DNA of 59,461 nucleotides, counting the filler, from Sphacelaria rigidula (lineage: Eukaryota): NCBI GenBank assembly GCA_964200075.2. It is 8 parts of 8 records of this genome, joined end to end, with 100 filler letters (N's around TTAATTAATTAA, not from the genome) between each part and the next. Parts side by side here need not be neighbours in the genome. Positions count along the whole stretch, not along the records: positions 7,447 to 14,791 come from CAXNAA020015328.1; positions 14,892 to 22,236 come from CAXNAA020015329.1; positions 22,337 to 29,681 come from CAXNAA020015330.1; 5 more parts are not named here. The stretch is one strand, 5' to 3'. The translations under genes were made by a program, and so were the position numbers. Shown here one piece after another: positions 11,593-24,099 of this stretch (the stretch's first letter is position 1; the number at the start of each line of letters is the position of its first letter). The notes below the pieces were generated by a model. It searched no databases and had not been told where the DNA came from. It saw only the letters and a list, made by a program, of their open reading frames with translations.

Positions 11593-14117
11593 CTGGGATT
11601 CGTAAAGGTGATGGTCAACACACGAAGATCTGGATTTGGGAGACTGGGATTTCGAGAAGTGGCGGATAACCACGAATCAGGTGACGAACGCTTGGTGGGA
11701 TCAGAAGTTTAGTCAACACGCAAGTAGCGTCCATCGAAGTTCGAAGACCCTGCGGCGATCTATGTAGCTTTATGTTCCGCCTGTATCAACGCCGGCTGGT
11801 AATTTGGTCGTGTTTGTACCAACTTTCGTGGTGCCGGAATGTCCAATGAAGGTACTGTGCTTTGGGAGGCACCAACGCCAACAATATGTAAGGAGGTTTT
11901 ACACTGCTGCCAGTAGAAAACAGATGAAGCACAATCTGTAGAGGTCAGTAGCGAGATTGGTGGCCAAGTGCAGACGCTGAGCTGGGGAGCCAGTGAATTC
12001 GCGCAGTGTTTTGCTCAGGAAGTCCACATCAGTATGATGGTGTAGTTGTGTGCGGTAAGTTTGAGGATATGTACTCGCGAAGAAAGTATTGTGCGCGATA
12101 CCAGAGGGGTACCATGCAGGACTTGGGCAGTGATGGCTTATGTTCTCGAGAAATAGCCCCAAACGCTAGTACAAAGTACACATGTTCTCATCACGCGGCC
12201 GACATTTTGTGGAAACACACTCACGCGTTGTTCAACGATGACGTTAAAACGGTTATTGTGAGGACCTTGTCGACGGGCAAGGGAAACAATTCTTGGAAAT
12301 GCTTCCGGTAGGTAAGTGGATGACTGCTCTTGACATTTTGAAATCCCGAAGGTACTAAAGTGTGTTTGACTCCCAACTCTTTTGCATCTGAACGTCAGTC
12401 AAACAAAGATAATCATTGAGACATACAGCGTGTCGATATGCCCCATTGATTATGATGGGTATAATTGCGGATTTGGTGTTCGTGGGGTTTGCAACTGGTA
12501 CATCGTTCTTGTCGACTTCGAAGATTCGTCGATTCATTTCTTCCGAGTTCAAGACTCCGTTCGGTAGCAGTCGTTGCGTCGTTCCGCGCCTCGGAGGCTT
12601 CCCTGTGTGCTGTTCTCGGATATCATTGGTTTCTAAATTCATGTCATGAGGCAAACACACACAAGAGGTATGACCACGTTGTTTCACCAGGTGCGACATA
12701 GAGGTTGTCGAGTTCACGCACAACCGGCATGTCGCAACATTCTCCTCAACGTGTAGCGTTTCACCTTGACAACCTTGACCGGCAAATTTCTGCAGCCCCT
12801 ATGCATGGGGTGCCAGCTGCCGTGTGTGTAAATTGTCGAGTATGTCGGTCATGTCTCTTCGCTCACGTAGGATGGGCACCCTCCTCCGAACTACGGTACC
12901 TACCAAACCCGTACTGTCACGTGATCAAAACATTTCCCAAAATCGTTCATATAATGCGCAGACTCGGTTGGGGTTTCGCGCGCAAGAGGTAGCACACAAG
13001 AAACGTTTGAGATTCTCGACGGGTGCTGGTGTCGATCGAATCACCGAACACAAAGAGGTGGGCGCTTGGGTGCTTGGTATAATACCTCAACCCACGTCAT
13101 GATCTAGGTAGTCACGGACTACTTCCAGATCCCACCTCTTTTTTACAACGTCACGTGCGCAGGGTCGCCCGGTTGAACAACGTGTATGTCGCAAGCTCGT
13201 CGGGTTGGGCAACGTATTCTTACCCTTAGAAATAAATGTCCTCTTGGGACACACCCTAGTGTACACTGATGGCTGTTGGGGAGGGGGGCAACGGTAAACC
13301 AATTACATCAGTAAATAATATATTGACCAAGCTCCAAGGGACCCGAGTCATACCTTGCCAGTAAAGTATAGACGCAAAACCGCTAACACACAAACGAAAT
13401 GGCCCAGATTAAGGCACGTTAGTGTCGATGAAATGCTTTTTATGCTTTTTCGGAGGATTCCTAAAAATGTTTGGACAGCTCCAAACGACCCAATCTTATC
13501 GAGTCCCGCCGTTGCTACTAGATCTCTCATCATCTCATCACCAACACAGTACAGATATCGTCGCTGGCTCGCCTTTGCCGGTCTGAGGACGCCACTGCCG
13601 CCAACCCACGGCGCTTTTTACCCTCCGAGATGACCAAGGGTGTCGCGGGCAAGGTACCTGATGACTCTCGAATGCTTGCGAGCGCCACGGCGTTTACACA
13701 AGACAGCTCGCGGAGTTGCTGAGTTGCAGTCCGGCCTTTTCGGGCTTATCCGAAATTAAAGATTCGGAGAAAACATCAGGCCGCTTCATTTTCGGAGAAG
13801 TCTGAACGAAGAGCCCGACTTGTTCGAGAGTTTCAGAGATCTCCGAAAAGCGGTGTCGAAAAAATGGCTCTTATACCAAATAAAATCAACACTCAAAACA
13901 TAATACAAAGGAGTACTCAACAAATATTCATCACTGTATTTTTGTGAAATCCAAACGGTTCCTGAGCCGATGGCCTCGTCGAAAAATCTTCATGCGGTAT
14001 TCGGATGATGTAAAAATCTGAAATCCCCTTGCTATCTACCAACTCCATGATACAATGATGCCGTACATCTGTATGCTTGCAACCAGAGTTCATAACAAGG
14101 TTTCGCACGAGGTGCAG

Positions 14118-14220
14118 ATTGATTGATTGATTGATTGTCGCACTTTAACTGACTCCCCAGGTAGTCATGATCCAGCCGTGGTCTCATGATAGACGTACGC
14201 AAGAAAAACGAAACTGCAAC
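14118..14220 (-). mobile_element. Retroposon 3' end with (CAAT)n tail; second copy at 51420-51512
   Basis: Both sites share TTGATTGTCGCACTTTAACTGAC...CAGCCGTGGTCTCATGATAGACGTAC.CAAGAAAAACGAAACTG. Confidence 0.7.
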
Positions 14221-14269
14221 ACCCTCTGAAGAAAAGAAGGAACAGAAAAAAAGGCGAACATAACGACAT

Positions 14270-14620
14270 GGCACTAAGCCGCAGAGCACTTTCATTGTCC
14301 TGAAATACGGGAGTATACGGCATACCAACCTCTGGCAACATGAAACACCAAGCCCGTCTTGAGTTCAACACCTCCTTGAGAACGTCTGCAATTTCCACGC
14401 AGAGTACTCTGCTTCCGTTGTAGAAAGCTTGACGGACCTCCGCGTTCGAGAAATCATGAAATATACCCACATTCACACATGATTGCTCCCCCGACGCTGT
14501 TCTTCGATCAGTTGCCTTACTTGAATACCTACCATCTACAAATCCTTACAAGCTCAATCCACCTACTGTAGCTCATTGAAAATTGATTCCCAACTATCTC
14601 GCCCCTTGCACATAACTAAA
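14270..14620 (-). mobile_element. Decayed Ty1/Copia pol fragment (RNase H)
   Basis: Across frameshifts: SKATDRR, SRTRRSVKLSTTEAEY, ADVLKEVL...WCFMLPEVGMP..PVFQDNESAL. LSTTEAEY and DN are Copia RNase H motifs. Confidence 0.85.
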
Positions 14621-14726
14621 GATGCCGAGAGCTGATCCCCGGTGTAAGTTCTTTGGTGCTGCGCAGTATCTAGCCACTGATCGTATTGCGTCAGAGATAT
14701 CCGGTATCGTCTGCGTCGAAAGCCAC

Positions 14727-14727
<1 letters not shown>

Positions 14728-14791
<64 letters not shown>
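14728..14791. repeat. (TTA)n microsatellite; (TTG)n also at 22172-22209
   Basis: Read directly from the sequence. Confidence 0.95.
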
Positions 14792-17700
14792 NNNNNNNNN
14801 NNNNNNNNNNNNNNNNNNNNNNNNNNNNNNNNNNNTTAATTAATTAANNNNNNNNNNNNNNNNNNNNNNNNNNNNNNNNNNNNNNNNNNNNGAACCAGAC
14901 AAAATTTCGCGAAAAAAGTGCACCCCTACCGTAGCATTGCTCTAAGGGTTCCCTTGTTGAAGGCCTCGTTGCGTACCTCGTGAATGACTCCTAGACCTCT
15001 AGCGTCATGTTGGATAGCATACGCACGTGCAAAGTCAGGAGGAATTTGTCTTACTCATGGGGGTCAAGATTTACGCCGCTAGTCTCGAGGCATTGAGACA
15101 ACGCAGCGTACTTTCTCCTGCAGTTAGCGTTACGGTTCTTCTCGTGCGGACCATCGCGCCCGACGTAAGTCCCGCTCGAGCAACCCGTGTGGGGGTGGGG
15201 GCGACGCCGGCCATTGGAGATGTGCTTGTGGCCATCGTTGGCCGTGTGGTGGAATTTTATTCCGTAGCCTGCGACCTTGAGGTCCCACCCGGCGCTGTCA
15301 TGCGAAAAAACGTTCGGGACCAGCGCTATTTGTAGAGATTTGACCGAGGCAATATTTCGACTGAAGCCGATACCAGCCTAGAAACGGGTTTAAGCTCTCG
15401 AAAAACTATCTCATCGATACAGACGAGTTGGGCCGTGACCCACATATCGCATTCATCGTCTGACTACGGGGGAGGTGCCCTTCTACTCAAAAGCCTGAGC
15501 ATTTTTTCTCTCGTTGATTAAACCCCATGTCTAGTAATTCCCCCACCATACGGATATACCGTCTACACTGAAGTCTACATGAAACCTCGGACAATATATA
15601 CAGAGGATGGCATTTTTTGGTGTGGACATTCTTTGGAGCACAGGGAAACGAGCAGAGGCACTGAATACACCAAATCTGGGTATCGCGTTTCAGTTTTCGA
15701 GAGTCGTGCTTTGAAACTTCGCATGGAGAACCGCTAGTGCATAATAATAAGAAAACCAGCGTTGTTAATTTTTCGGTGTTTTTTTCGTTTGTTTTTTTCA
15801 GTATTGCCTTGAGCAAAAATGAACATTGCTCTTGGACCTTACCTCAGTTTTTGAGCTCAATTTCTTGAATCGTGATTTGAAACTGAGCATGCAGAATCGC
15901 AACGGCATGCTGAAGAGAAAAAAATTGGGCTTTACTTTCTTCTTGAGAGGGAGAGAGAGCAGGGCGTCCTCGTGAAAAAATAGTCTTTACCGTACTAATT
16001 TACGGGGGAACATTGATGAGAAGAATGCATGCCTGAAAAAACGTAACTCGAGATATGCCCAACTGAAGTGGAGGTCTCCAGATCATATTCCAAGGTTTTC
16101 ATCGATATGCCGTGTTCGTGTTCCTCCAGGGATATGGGGACGGCGTTTCCCCCTCCGTACAAAATACAGTGCTGTAATAATCAACATGACCTCGTTCATG
16201 CTGTACGATACGCCTGAGGACGAAAACACCATCGTTGGAAAGCCACAGTTGCCAGCTTTCGTACGGTGTGCCCAATTCATACCACTACACATGCCATCCC
16301 GTTGGTTTTGTCTGAAAACCGCAGATGAAAATATCGTGTAGACGGGTATCACTGAAGTCATCATTCGCACATTTCCTTATCGAACTTTTGTCTTTGCGCG
16401 TTTGTTTTTCCTACTCACAATGTTCCTCCGTAATAAAACGTCGTAGATCAGTGAAAAAATAATATCAACCTGGCCCACTTTTTCTGCTGTATTGCCCTAG
16501 CGAGGACCCGCACAGAATTCCAATACACAGGTACCAAACCTGGGGCGGTAAGTGACCCGCAAAATACTGTTCCGAGTTCAGACCGGCCCGGTTTTCAAAC
16601 GGCTCATCCTCAGCTCAATTTTGAGAGTTGGACCTCATAGTTGAGTATAGACAACAAATAAGCTTATAATAAACAAAACGTATGCATGGACCCAAAGCGT
16701 TTTTTTTCCAGGAGTTGAAGGCAGTGGTCAGTTCTCAGGCTTCAGTAAAATGCCGTTGCCTCATGAAAAACAAAAAGCTTTGGGTCCATTCACACGTTTT
16801 TTGGCCATGGCCTTCCATTGCCGGTACCACGTTTTCAGGTCCAACTCCGAATAAATTTAGCTGGAAATGGGCCCACAAACTACAACTCCGCGTCTAGGCT
16901 GGCCCAGCTCGTGTCGAGCATCACATCCACCAACCTAGCATAGATCGACCATTTTTTTTTCTAATCGATTAGAACCGGAGCATAATATCCACAAAGTGAG
17001 CACTGCTTTTGGTGAGATGACGAGCATAAAAGGACGACTACACGAGGGTGATTGAGAGAACCCTACATCGCGTGGTAGCATGGAAAATGTGATTGATCCA
17101 AAAATAACAATGTCAACAAACGACGGGCCTACCAAATGCTACCTCCCATGCTGAAAACAATAAATGTCAGACTGCCGACCAAATCTTTCCCCCGTTGCCT
17201 TACCCGGGTCAGAAATTTGGCAGTCACCAAACCTGCCGGCGTGAACAATCCCTTGCAAATCCTGCATCGTTCCTGCGATGTCGTGAACTTCGGCTGGCTA
17301 TCTCTCCGTCGTACGTATGCAGCCCAGCTGGTTTCCGTGGTGGAAACTGGACTGTCGCCATGAGGTCGAGGGAGTCCTGATTATTTTTCGAAATGTTTCC
17401 GGCCGCTCCAGCAGAAAAGCCAAGACTGATCGCCTCCCCGCCGGTGCTCACGGCCTCTAGGTGAGTAATAGTTGGCTTCGATTCTGAAATGTTCATTACC
17501 ATGGTTGCTTTCAGAGTTTTCGATATGTGTGTTGTGTTCACCGCCCTCTCCTCCGGCCGTATATTCGAATTGAAAATCATGCCGAAGCTAAAACTGATAC
17601 ATCGCACGCATGTATTTACACGAAAACACTCAGACGCCGAAACATGGGGATCAGCGATACGGGAGGAAATTGCACTTGACCGATGACGGATCCACCTATG

Positions 17701-17799
17701 GCATTCGCAAAACTGGCAGATGCTCTTGTCGCGCTGGCAGCACTTGACTTTGAGGTCACAGTGACAATTCTTATAGCAACGCCGCAAGCCCATCGCTTG

Positions 17800-18870
17800 C
17801 ACTTACTTGTCGTTGCCACGGCATAATTTCCTCCGTGTTTCCATCACGAATACTACGGAGTTGTCCTCACGGTGGCATTCATGGCGGTGTATATCTAAAG
17901 CTGCTGCTTCGCCGCGCCTGCCTTGACCGCCTCTATCTGGGATGCACCGCGCAGCAGTCGCTCGACCACCTCCCGTCGATGCTCGTCTGAATGAGTCGCC
18001 GCCATCTGCACGCGGCGCCCGCCCAGCAATCCCTTTTCGGCCGGCTCCCGCCGGCGCTCGGCCGAGCGAGTCTCTCCCACCTGGGAGCGGCATCTGCCCA
18101 CTCACACCTCGACCTGTCAGCCGGGTCTAACCAAACCAACGTCGGTCGGCTCGCGCCGGCGCTCGGCAACCCCCTGTTCAGGAAGCGAACAGTTTACCCA
18201 TTGAACCAGTGAGCGCTCACTGGTTCAATGGGTAAACTGTTCGCTTCCTGAACAAAAGATATGCCGTTCGAATCCCGGCATGATCGATTGTGGGAGGAAT
18301 GAGTTTGACAGGTGAACAGTGAGGCTTGCGAGGGGCAAGAGGCCCCGCAGATCCCTGATGTGTCATGCCGGGATGGATCACGCAGCATCACCCCCTGCGG
18401 ACGCTCGGCCGAACAATTCCCTCCCAACTGTTACTAGTGCCCACCCACTTCCTTCTCGCCAACCTCCCGCCGGCGCTCGCCCGCCCCCCGTCGACGCTCG
18501 ACCGAACGAGTCTTTGCAAATTATCACCGGCGCCTGACCAACCACACCTCGGTCTCGTCCGCTAGCCCTGGCCCAAATAAGTCCACACCGCCTGCCAACT
18601 GCGCCGACCGAACACCTACTCGACCGCCTCCTGCAGGCGGTTGCCAGAACGAGTCTCCACTGTCTGCCGCCGACGCACTTCTGCTCGTGATGTATCTCGA
18701 CGAGGTACCGGTCTTGCCGTCCCGGCAGACCACCCACCAGGAATAGGTACTAGCTGTGTTGGCACGACGGCTGCAGCTGGAGCAGCCGTGCGCGACGAAA
18801 ATGGCCACGACTTTGCAGCTGCACACGCAAGGGCGGCCGCCAGCTGGCGAGTCGGCGGAAGGGTCATGAT
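17800..18870 (-). pseudogene. Decayed GC-rich coding sequence with internal peptide repeats
   Basis: Recurring motifs ETRSAERRRE, ATHSDEHRREVVERLL, AKTRSVERRR, ETRSGNRLQEAVE in shifting frames with stops. Confidence 0.4.
18175..18254. repeat. Perfect 80-bp palindrome with no spacer
   Basis: TGTTCAGGAAGCGAACAGTTTACCCATTGAACCAGTGAGC followed immediately by its exact reverse complement. Confidence 0.98.
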
Positions 18871-19133
18871 TTTCGAGGATGTCTATGAGCGATTAATCGC
18901 GTTATGTGTAGCTGAAGCACGGTTGGTGCTGCTCATGGTTACTCGCTAGTTCAGCCCGGAACGTACTACCCGCATCTGCACCTGCACCTGCACCTGCTCT
19001 ATGTCAACCTTCTACAGATCCAGCTACCAGCCCGTGTAGCGCTGCGCAGAGGATATCAAACGACTGTATCTTCGTGAAGTCGCGTACACTGTAATACAGT
19101 CTGTTATCGTCATACATATATGCTGCTGCGGTG

Positions 19134-19558
19134 CAGGGTTAGAAAAACTCCATGCGGGCCTGCGCTGGCGCAGATTATTTGGGAAAAGTGGGCGATGCGC
19201 AGCTGTTGGGAGTTGGGAGTTTTTCTCTGCGGCTTGCCGCAGGAAAACATTTTGGGCCGCACTTTTTTCGCTGGATGCGGGAAAAATTTCTGCGGCTCTC
19301 TTTTTATCGCCGGAGGCCAAAAATATTTCTGGGAGTGTTTTTTTCGCCGCGAGCCTCATACCGTCGAAATGGCCCCATTTTGACAAAATCTAGGCGTCTT
19401 TTTTAAAGCAAGACCCAAAAAAATCGCTGCGCGGGGCCCCTCCGGAGGGGGGCCTACGCGGCCGGCGCCCTCCGAGGGTTCCTGCGGGGGGGCGCATGTC
19501 GCCCTCGGCTCCCGCCTGGGCCAGCGTAGGCGAAGCCTGCGGGAGGTTTCTAACCCTG
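19134..19558. mobile_element. Non-autonomous hAT-type MITE
   Basis: TIRs CAGGGTTAGAAA / TTTCTAACCCTG and exact 8-bp target duplication CTGCGGTG on both sides. Confidence 0.9.
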
Positions 19559-19646
19559 CTGCGGTGCTGTACCGTACTGTGGATCTCAGAACGGCTGTAT
19601 CTCCGTGAAGATGCGTACTTTATAATACAGTTGTACTGTACTTTAC

Positions 19647-20783
19647 TGGGATGGCGTGGATTTTGCTTGATCTCACAGCAGTTTCCACGCTAGTACCCGT
19701 CTCAGAGTTCTCTACCCTGCAGCCTCCACCCCTTTTCCTGTGCCCCACCTTGGCGGTTGTCAGTAGCCTTTACTGTACCGTTTCGACGCGGCTATTATAC
19801 TGTGTACAGGGACTCGATTGTGAAACCGACGTCATTGTATCACGGACCGGCAACCACCGTGGAGTATAATATCAACAGTACAGTACACTACAGTACAGTA
19901 CAACGGTGTTTCAAGTAACTGCCTGTAAAATAGGGAAAAATTGACATTCAAGATGTCGATCTGGACGGAGAGAACCAGACCGTGCCCAAGCGACTGACAA
20001 GATGGGAGTCCTTCCACTCATGCCATGACCCTGACCCCATGGGACCCATGAGAAATTTACTCTCCGATCCCGCAGTCATAGCTGTGTGTAGGACATGCAG
20101 CGCGTAGCCAATCCGCACGGTATGAACCTCTTGATCGTCAACATCATCAGCATCGCTCTCAGTAGTTTTCGGATGCGCGACGCTGCTGCTCATGATCTCC
20201 AAATTTCCATACTTTCTTGTTCTAGCACCATGTCAAGCACGCCTTTGACTGCAGTTACGTTGGTGTGTAGCGGCCACAATAGCTACTGTTCGTGCTCTTG
20301 TTTTGTTATCTTCGCCATGACGGTAAACGTGGGGTGGCAGCTCGCCGGCTTATACTTCCCGACTGGTACAGACAGAAGCAAGAGACTATTACTATGCGTT
20401 TAATTACGGACCACTGCTGACGCATGTAGCGTTCAGCTTGCACTTTTCATGAATATAGTACCCGAAATCGGTCCCCATTCCTACCCATAACTGTACTGCA
20501 CTGTACTGTACTGTACTTATTGGATTGTATTGTACTGTCCTCTACTGTTGATATTATGCTCCACGGTGGTTGCCGGTCCGTGATACGATCATGCTATGGT
20601 GTCGGTTTCACGATCGAGTCCCCGTACACAGTATAATAACCGCGTCAAATGGTACAGTAAAGGCTACTGACAACCGCCAAGGCTGGGCACAGGAAAAGGG
20701 GTGGAGGCTGCAGGGCAGAGAACTCTGAGACGAGTACTAGCGTAGAAACTGCTGTGAGATCAAGCAGAATCCACGCCATCCCA
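19647..20783. mobile_element. Element with ~250-bp inverted repeats (19647-~19900 and ~20490-20783) enclosing ~600 bp
   Basis: Arms highly similar, both start at TGGGATGGCGTGGATT and end inward in (CAGTA)n. No target duplication seen. Confidence 0.7.
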
Positions 20784-22171
20784 CCTGAATTCGCTGCGTA
20801 CAGAGGTGAGGCCGATTGAACCTCATCCTTGTGCTGTACCGTAGGGTAGCGGGCGGCGGACACTAGCACGTGCATGCGATGAACTGCTCAGTCTTTCTTC
20901 GCTTGAAACCTGCGTGACCACATCATGTGAATACCGGAGGATTGAAAATATTTCATCGATCTCTTTTGATTGAATAAACGTTGGTGAAGTAATGTAAGGC
21001 CCGCCTCTCGAGAAAATCGAGCATGGAGAAGGTAACCATCGATGGAGGGGGTGGTATACCCCGCCATCCGGTGTTATTGCCGCATGAGTTGTAATTCACA
21101 CACAAGTAGAGTGCAGGACGGGGCAGTACTGTCTGCGAAGAGTGACTGATGTCGCCTGATACGAGAACAGCCAATGGTTGCGCTCGAGTACAAGTGTTTT
21201 TTACAGGCGATATTGTTATTCTCTGAATGTCCCCGATCGGTACGTACTTACATGGAACCTCGACCGCACTGCTCGTGGTCCCGTTGCAAACTCCACAGCA
21301 CGATTTAGTCTAAAACTCCTGAACCACCACCTTGTCCCCGTCGATGAATTAAGTTATTGCTTTCAGCCTTTCATCCTGGCAGTCCCGCCACTGCCTCTCG
21401 TCTCGGTCGTTGTCGCGGCGTGTAGCGAACATTAGAGAAGTGTGTACGAGCTGCAGTCGCGGGCTGTGCTTCGTTCTTGATTTACAGATGTTGTGTACAC
21501 AGTATCTCACGTTCAAAGTAGGATACTGGTAATTTCTTCGTGGTTGGCGATTTCGGGTTCTTCAGCTTGCCACCGCTCAGTGTACGGAGTCGATGATCAT
21601 AAAAGCCGTTAGAGCTGGTTTCGTGCTGCACAACGCGACTCATTAAGGCGTTATAGCTGATTTCGGACTGCTGCACGCCTCCCATGTGGGCGAAATTGCT
21701 GCAAACGAGCCCAATGGTGGGATCGCAGCCGGTTTGTCGGACGGTCTCCGGTGCCCTTTTTGTGGGGGGGGGGCTACCTCGGCATTGGTCATCATCGCAT
21801 TGGGGATCTGAAGATACTAGTATCTGCTCCACACTCCAGCAAAAAATAATCATCTGCATCGAATATCGAGTGAGTTACGAGCTGACCAATCATCGACGAT
21901 TCCGTCACTTATCAGCCCCAGATCCTGACTCTTCGATATTACATATTTTCGGTCGATGGAGCCTGTCTCGATCGTGTTTGTGAAGGAATGAAGAGGCTTG
22001 TCTTTAAAGTTCTACCCACTCATTGAGCTAGAGAGCCGAAAAACTGCGTTCAACGGTCAACAACACCCTCCTGATAAACGGGGTGTATCTATTCGTATCG
22101 TCCCACAACGCGAACTGAAACCAACTCGGGCATAGTATTTTGAGGACGATCTTTTGGTTTTCCCCAGATCT

Positions 22172-22209
<38 letters not shown>

Positions 22210-22610
22210 CTTCACATTAAAAACCGTTCCGATATCNNNNNNNNNNNNNNNNNNNNNNNNNNNNNNNNNNNNNNNNNNNNTTAATTAATTAANNNNNNNN
22301 NNNNNNNNNNNNNNNNNNNNNNNNNNNNNNNNNNNNTCCCTCTCCCCCAGTGGGCCGCTCTTTGTTGTTCCCAAGATATTTGCCCCCCCCCCCCCCCCCC
22401 CCCTCCCATCCGCTTCTCTATACACTCCTGGGTTGAAGTCGAGTCGGAAAAATACTGTAAAAAGAAGCCACCAAAATCTAGACCTAAAATGTACAGCCTA
22501 TCACCATACATGTGCGAGAGACCGGTACTAGACGATAAATGATTCTCCAGACCAACCGACACACTGCACATGAAATTGTTCAAATAATTAATTTTGTTTC
22601 CTCATATCAA

Positions 22611-23210
22611 ACACAGACGGGATGTAGACATGACAAAACGAAGCGGATCATTTTCTTTGCGTTATCACGAGACAATCCGGGTATAGATATGACACAGCGA
22701 ATCTAACTATTTTGTTTTTAGACTACCCCAACAGAACCCGAATATAGACATGAACTGGGGAAGCTAACCGTTTTTTTCTTTGCATCACAAGAACACAGAC
22801 CAGACATAGACATCACATATTGAGGGTAACCAGTTTTCTCTTTGCACTACCCGAACACAGACCGGATGTATGCATGGAATAACGAAGCTGACCATTTTCT
22901 CTTTGCGTGGTCAGAACACAGCTCAAACGCAGGCATGAAATAACGAACTAACCATCATTTCCTTGCATGAACTAGAACACAGAGCGGATATAGGCGTGAA
23001 ACAACGAAGCTGACCATTTTTCTTTGCATCAAATAAAACACAGGCCGGATATAGACATGAAATCACGAACCTTAATATTGTTTTCTTTGCATTAACTAGA
23101 ACACAGCCCGGGCATAGACATGGAATAGCGACGCTAACCATTTTTCCTTTTCATTAATCGGAACACAGAGCAGGTATAGACACGAAGTAACGGTAATCAC
23201 CATTTTTTAT
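22611..23210 (+). repeat. Degenerate minisatellite, about 10 copies of ~60 bp
   Basis: Unit consensus approximately ACACAGACCGGATATAGACATGAAATAACGAAGCTAACCATTTTTCTTTGCATTAACTAGA. Confidence 0.9.
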
Positions 23211-24099
23211 TTCCCCATACCACAACAAAAACCAGTCGCGATTCTTCCCTCCATATCGCAACAAAAGTAAGACAGTACAAAAACACCGATGCCTAGATAC
23301 TTTGAGTAATAGCTTGTAGGTTGATCACCTTATATGCAAAGTCGAGAACACAGAAAAGATTGAACCAGTACAGATAGAATAAGGCCACTCCGACATGTTA
23401 CATTTGAATGGAGGTTGGGTCTCGGGGTGAGATACTCCGGAAATCGTACCGATTTCCATTGGGCGGTGGGAATCTGATCAGATATTTTCCTAAAACCCCG
23501 TCCTTACGTGCATAGGCGCCAAATGAAGGGGAGGGGTAGATGATGCATGACAAAACGTCAAGGCCCACTGCACTCACGAAACAAACATCTTACCGATGAC
23601 TGACCACAGGACCAGAAAGGAACAACAAGTGGTACGTAGATATCTTGAAGGACAGAAGCTAGTACAAAACGTGGGGGATCGTTCGCGAAGCTTTCGGCAG
23701 CGAATGGCTACAAGGGAGCACTAGTATTGTAGCGATCCACGGTGAACCGTACATGGAATGGGAAGGAGTGGTGGTGTACGGGACATCTCATATGTGAGTA
23801 AGACTCTGTGTTACACAAGCCGTCATTGAACCTTGCACGGTGAAAATGACCTCCTCGGAAGAAAGTAGCCAGTGCAGTAGTGGGGCAAGAAGATAGTAGA
23901 TACGATTGTGGGACACCTGGATGGTTAGCCATACAGACCGCCCAGCACAAACGTGGGGTACTTGTGTCGAGGATGTTGACCTTGACTTCAGACTACGAGC
24001 CCGTGTTGGGGAGATTATGTAGCGTCGGTGAGCCAGCAGGAATTGGAAGACACTGGACCACCAACAAATGGTAGAGTTGGGATGTTCCAGTGCCTTGAT

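Noticed and set aside
11900-13530. Degraded coding-like stretch, possibly a transposase
   Set aside because: Many stops and no motif I can identify with confidence; needs a frameshift-aware search.
22923-23141. Repetitive 20-aa protein from the 60-bp minisatellite
   Set aside because: Indels shift the frame between units; no splice or start support.
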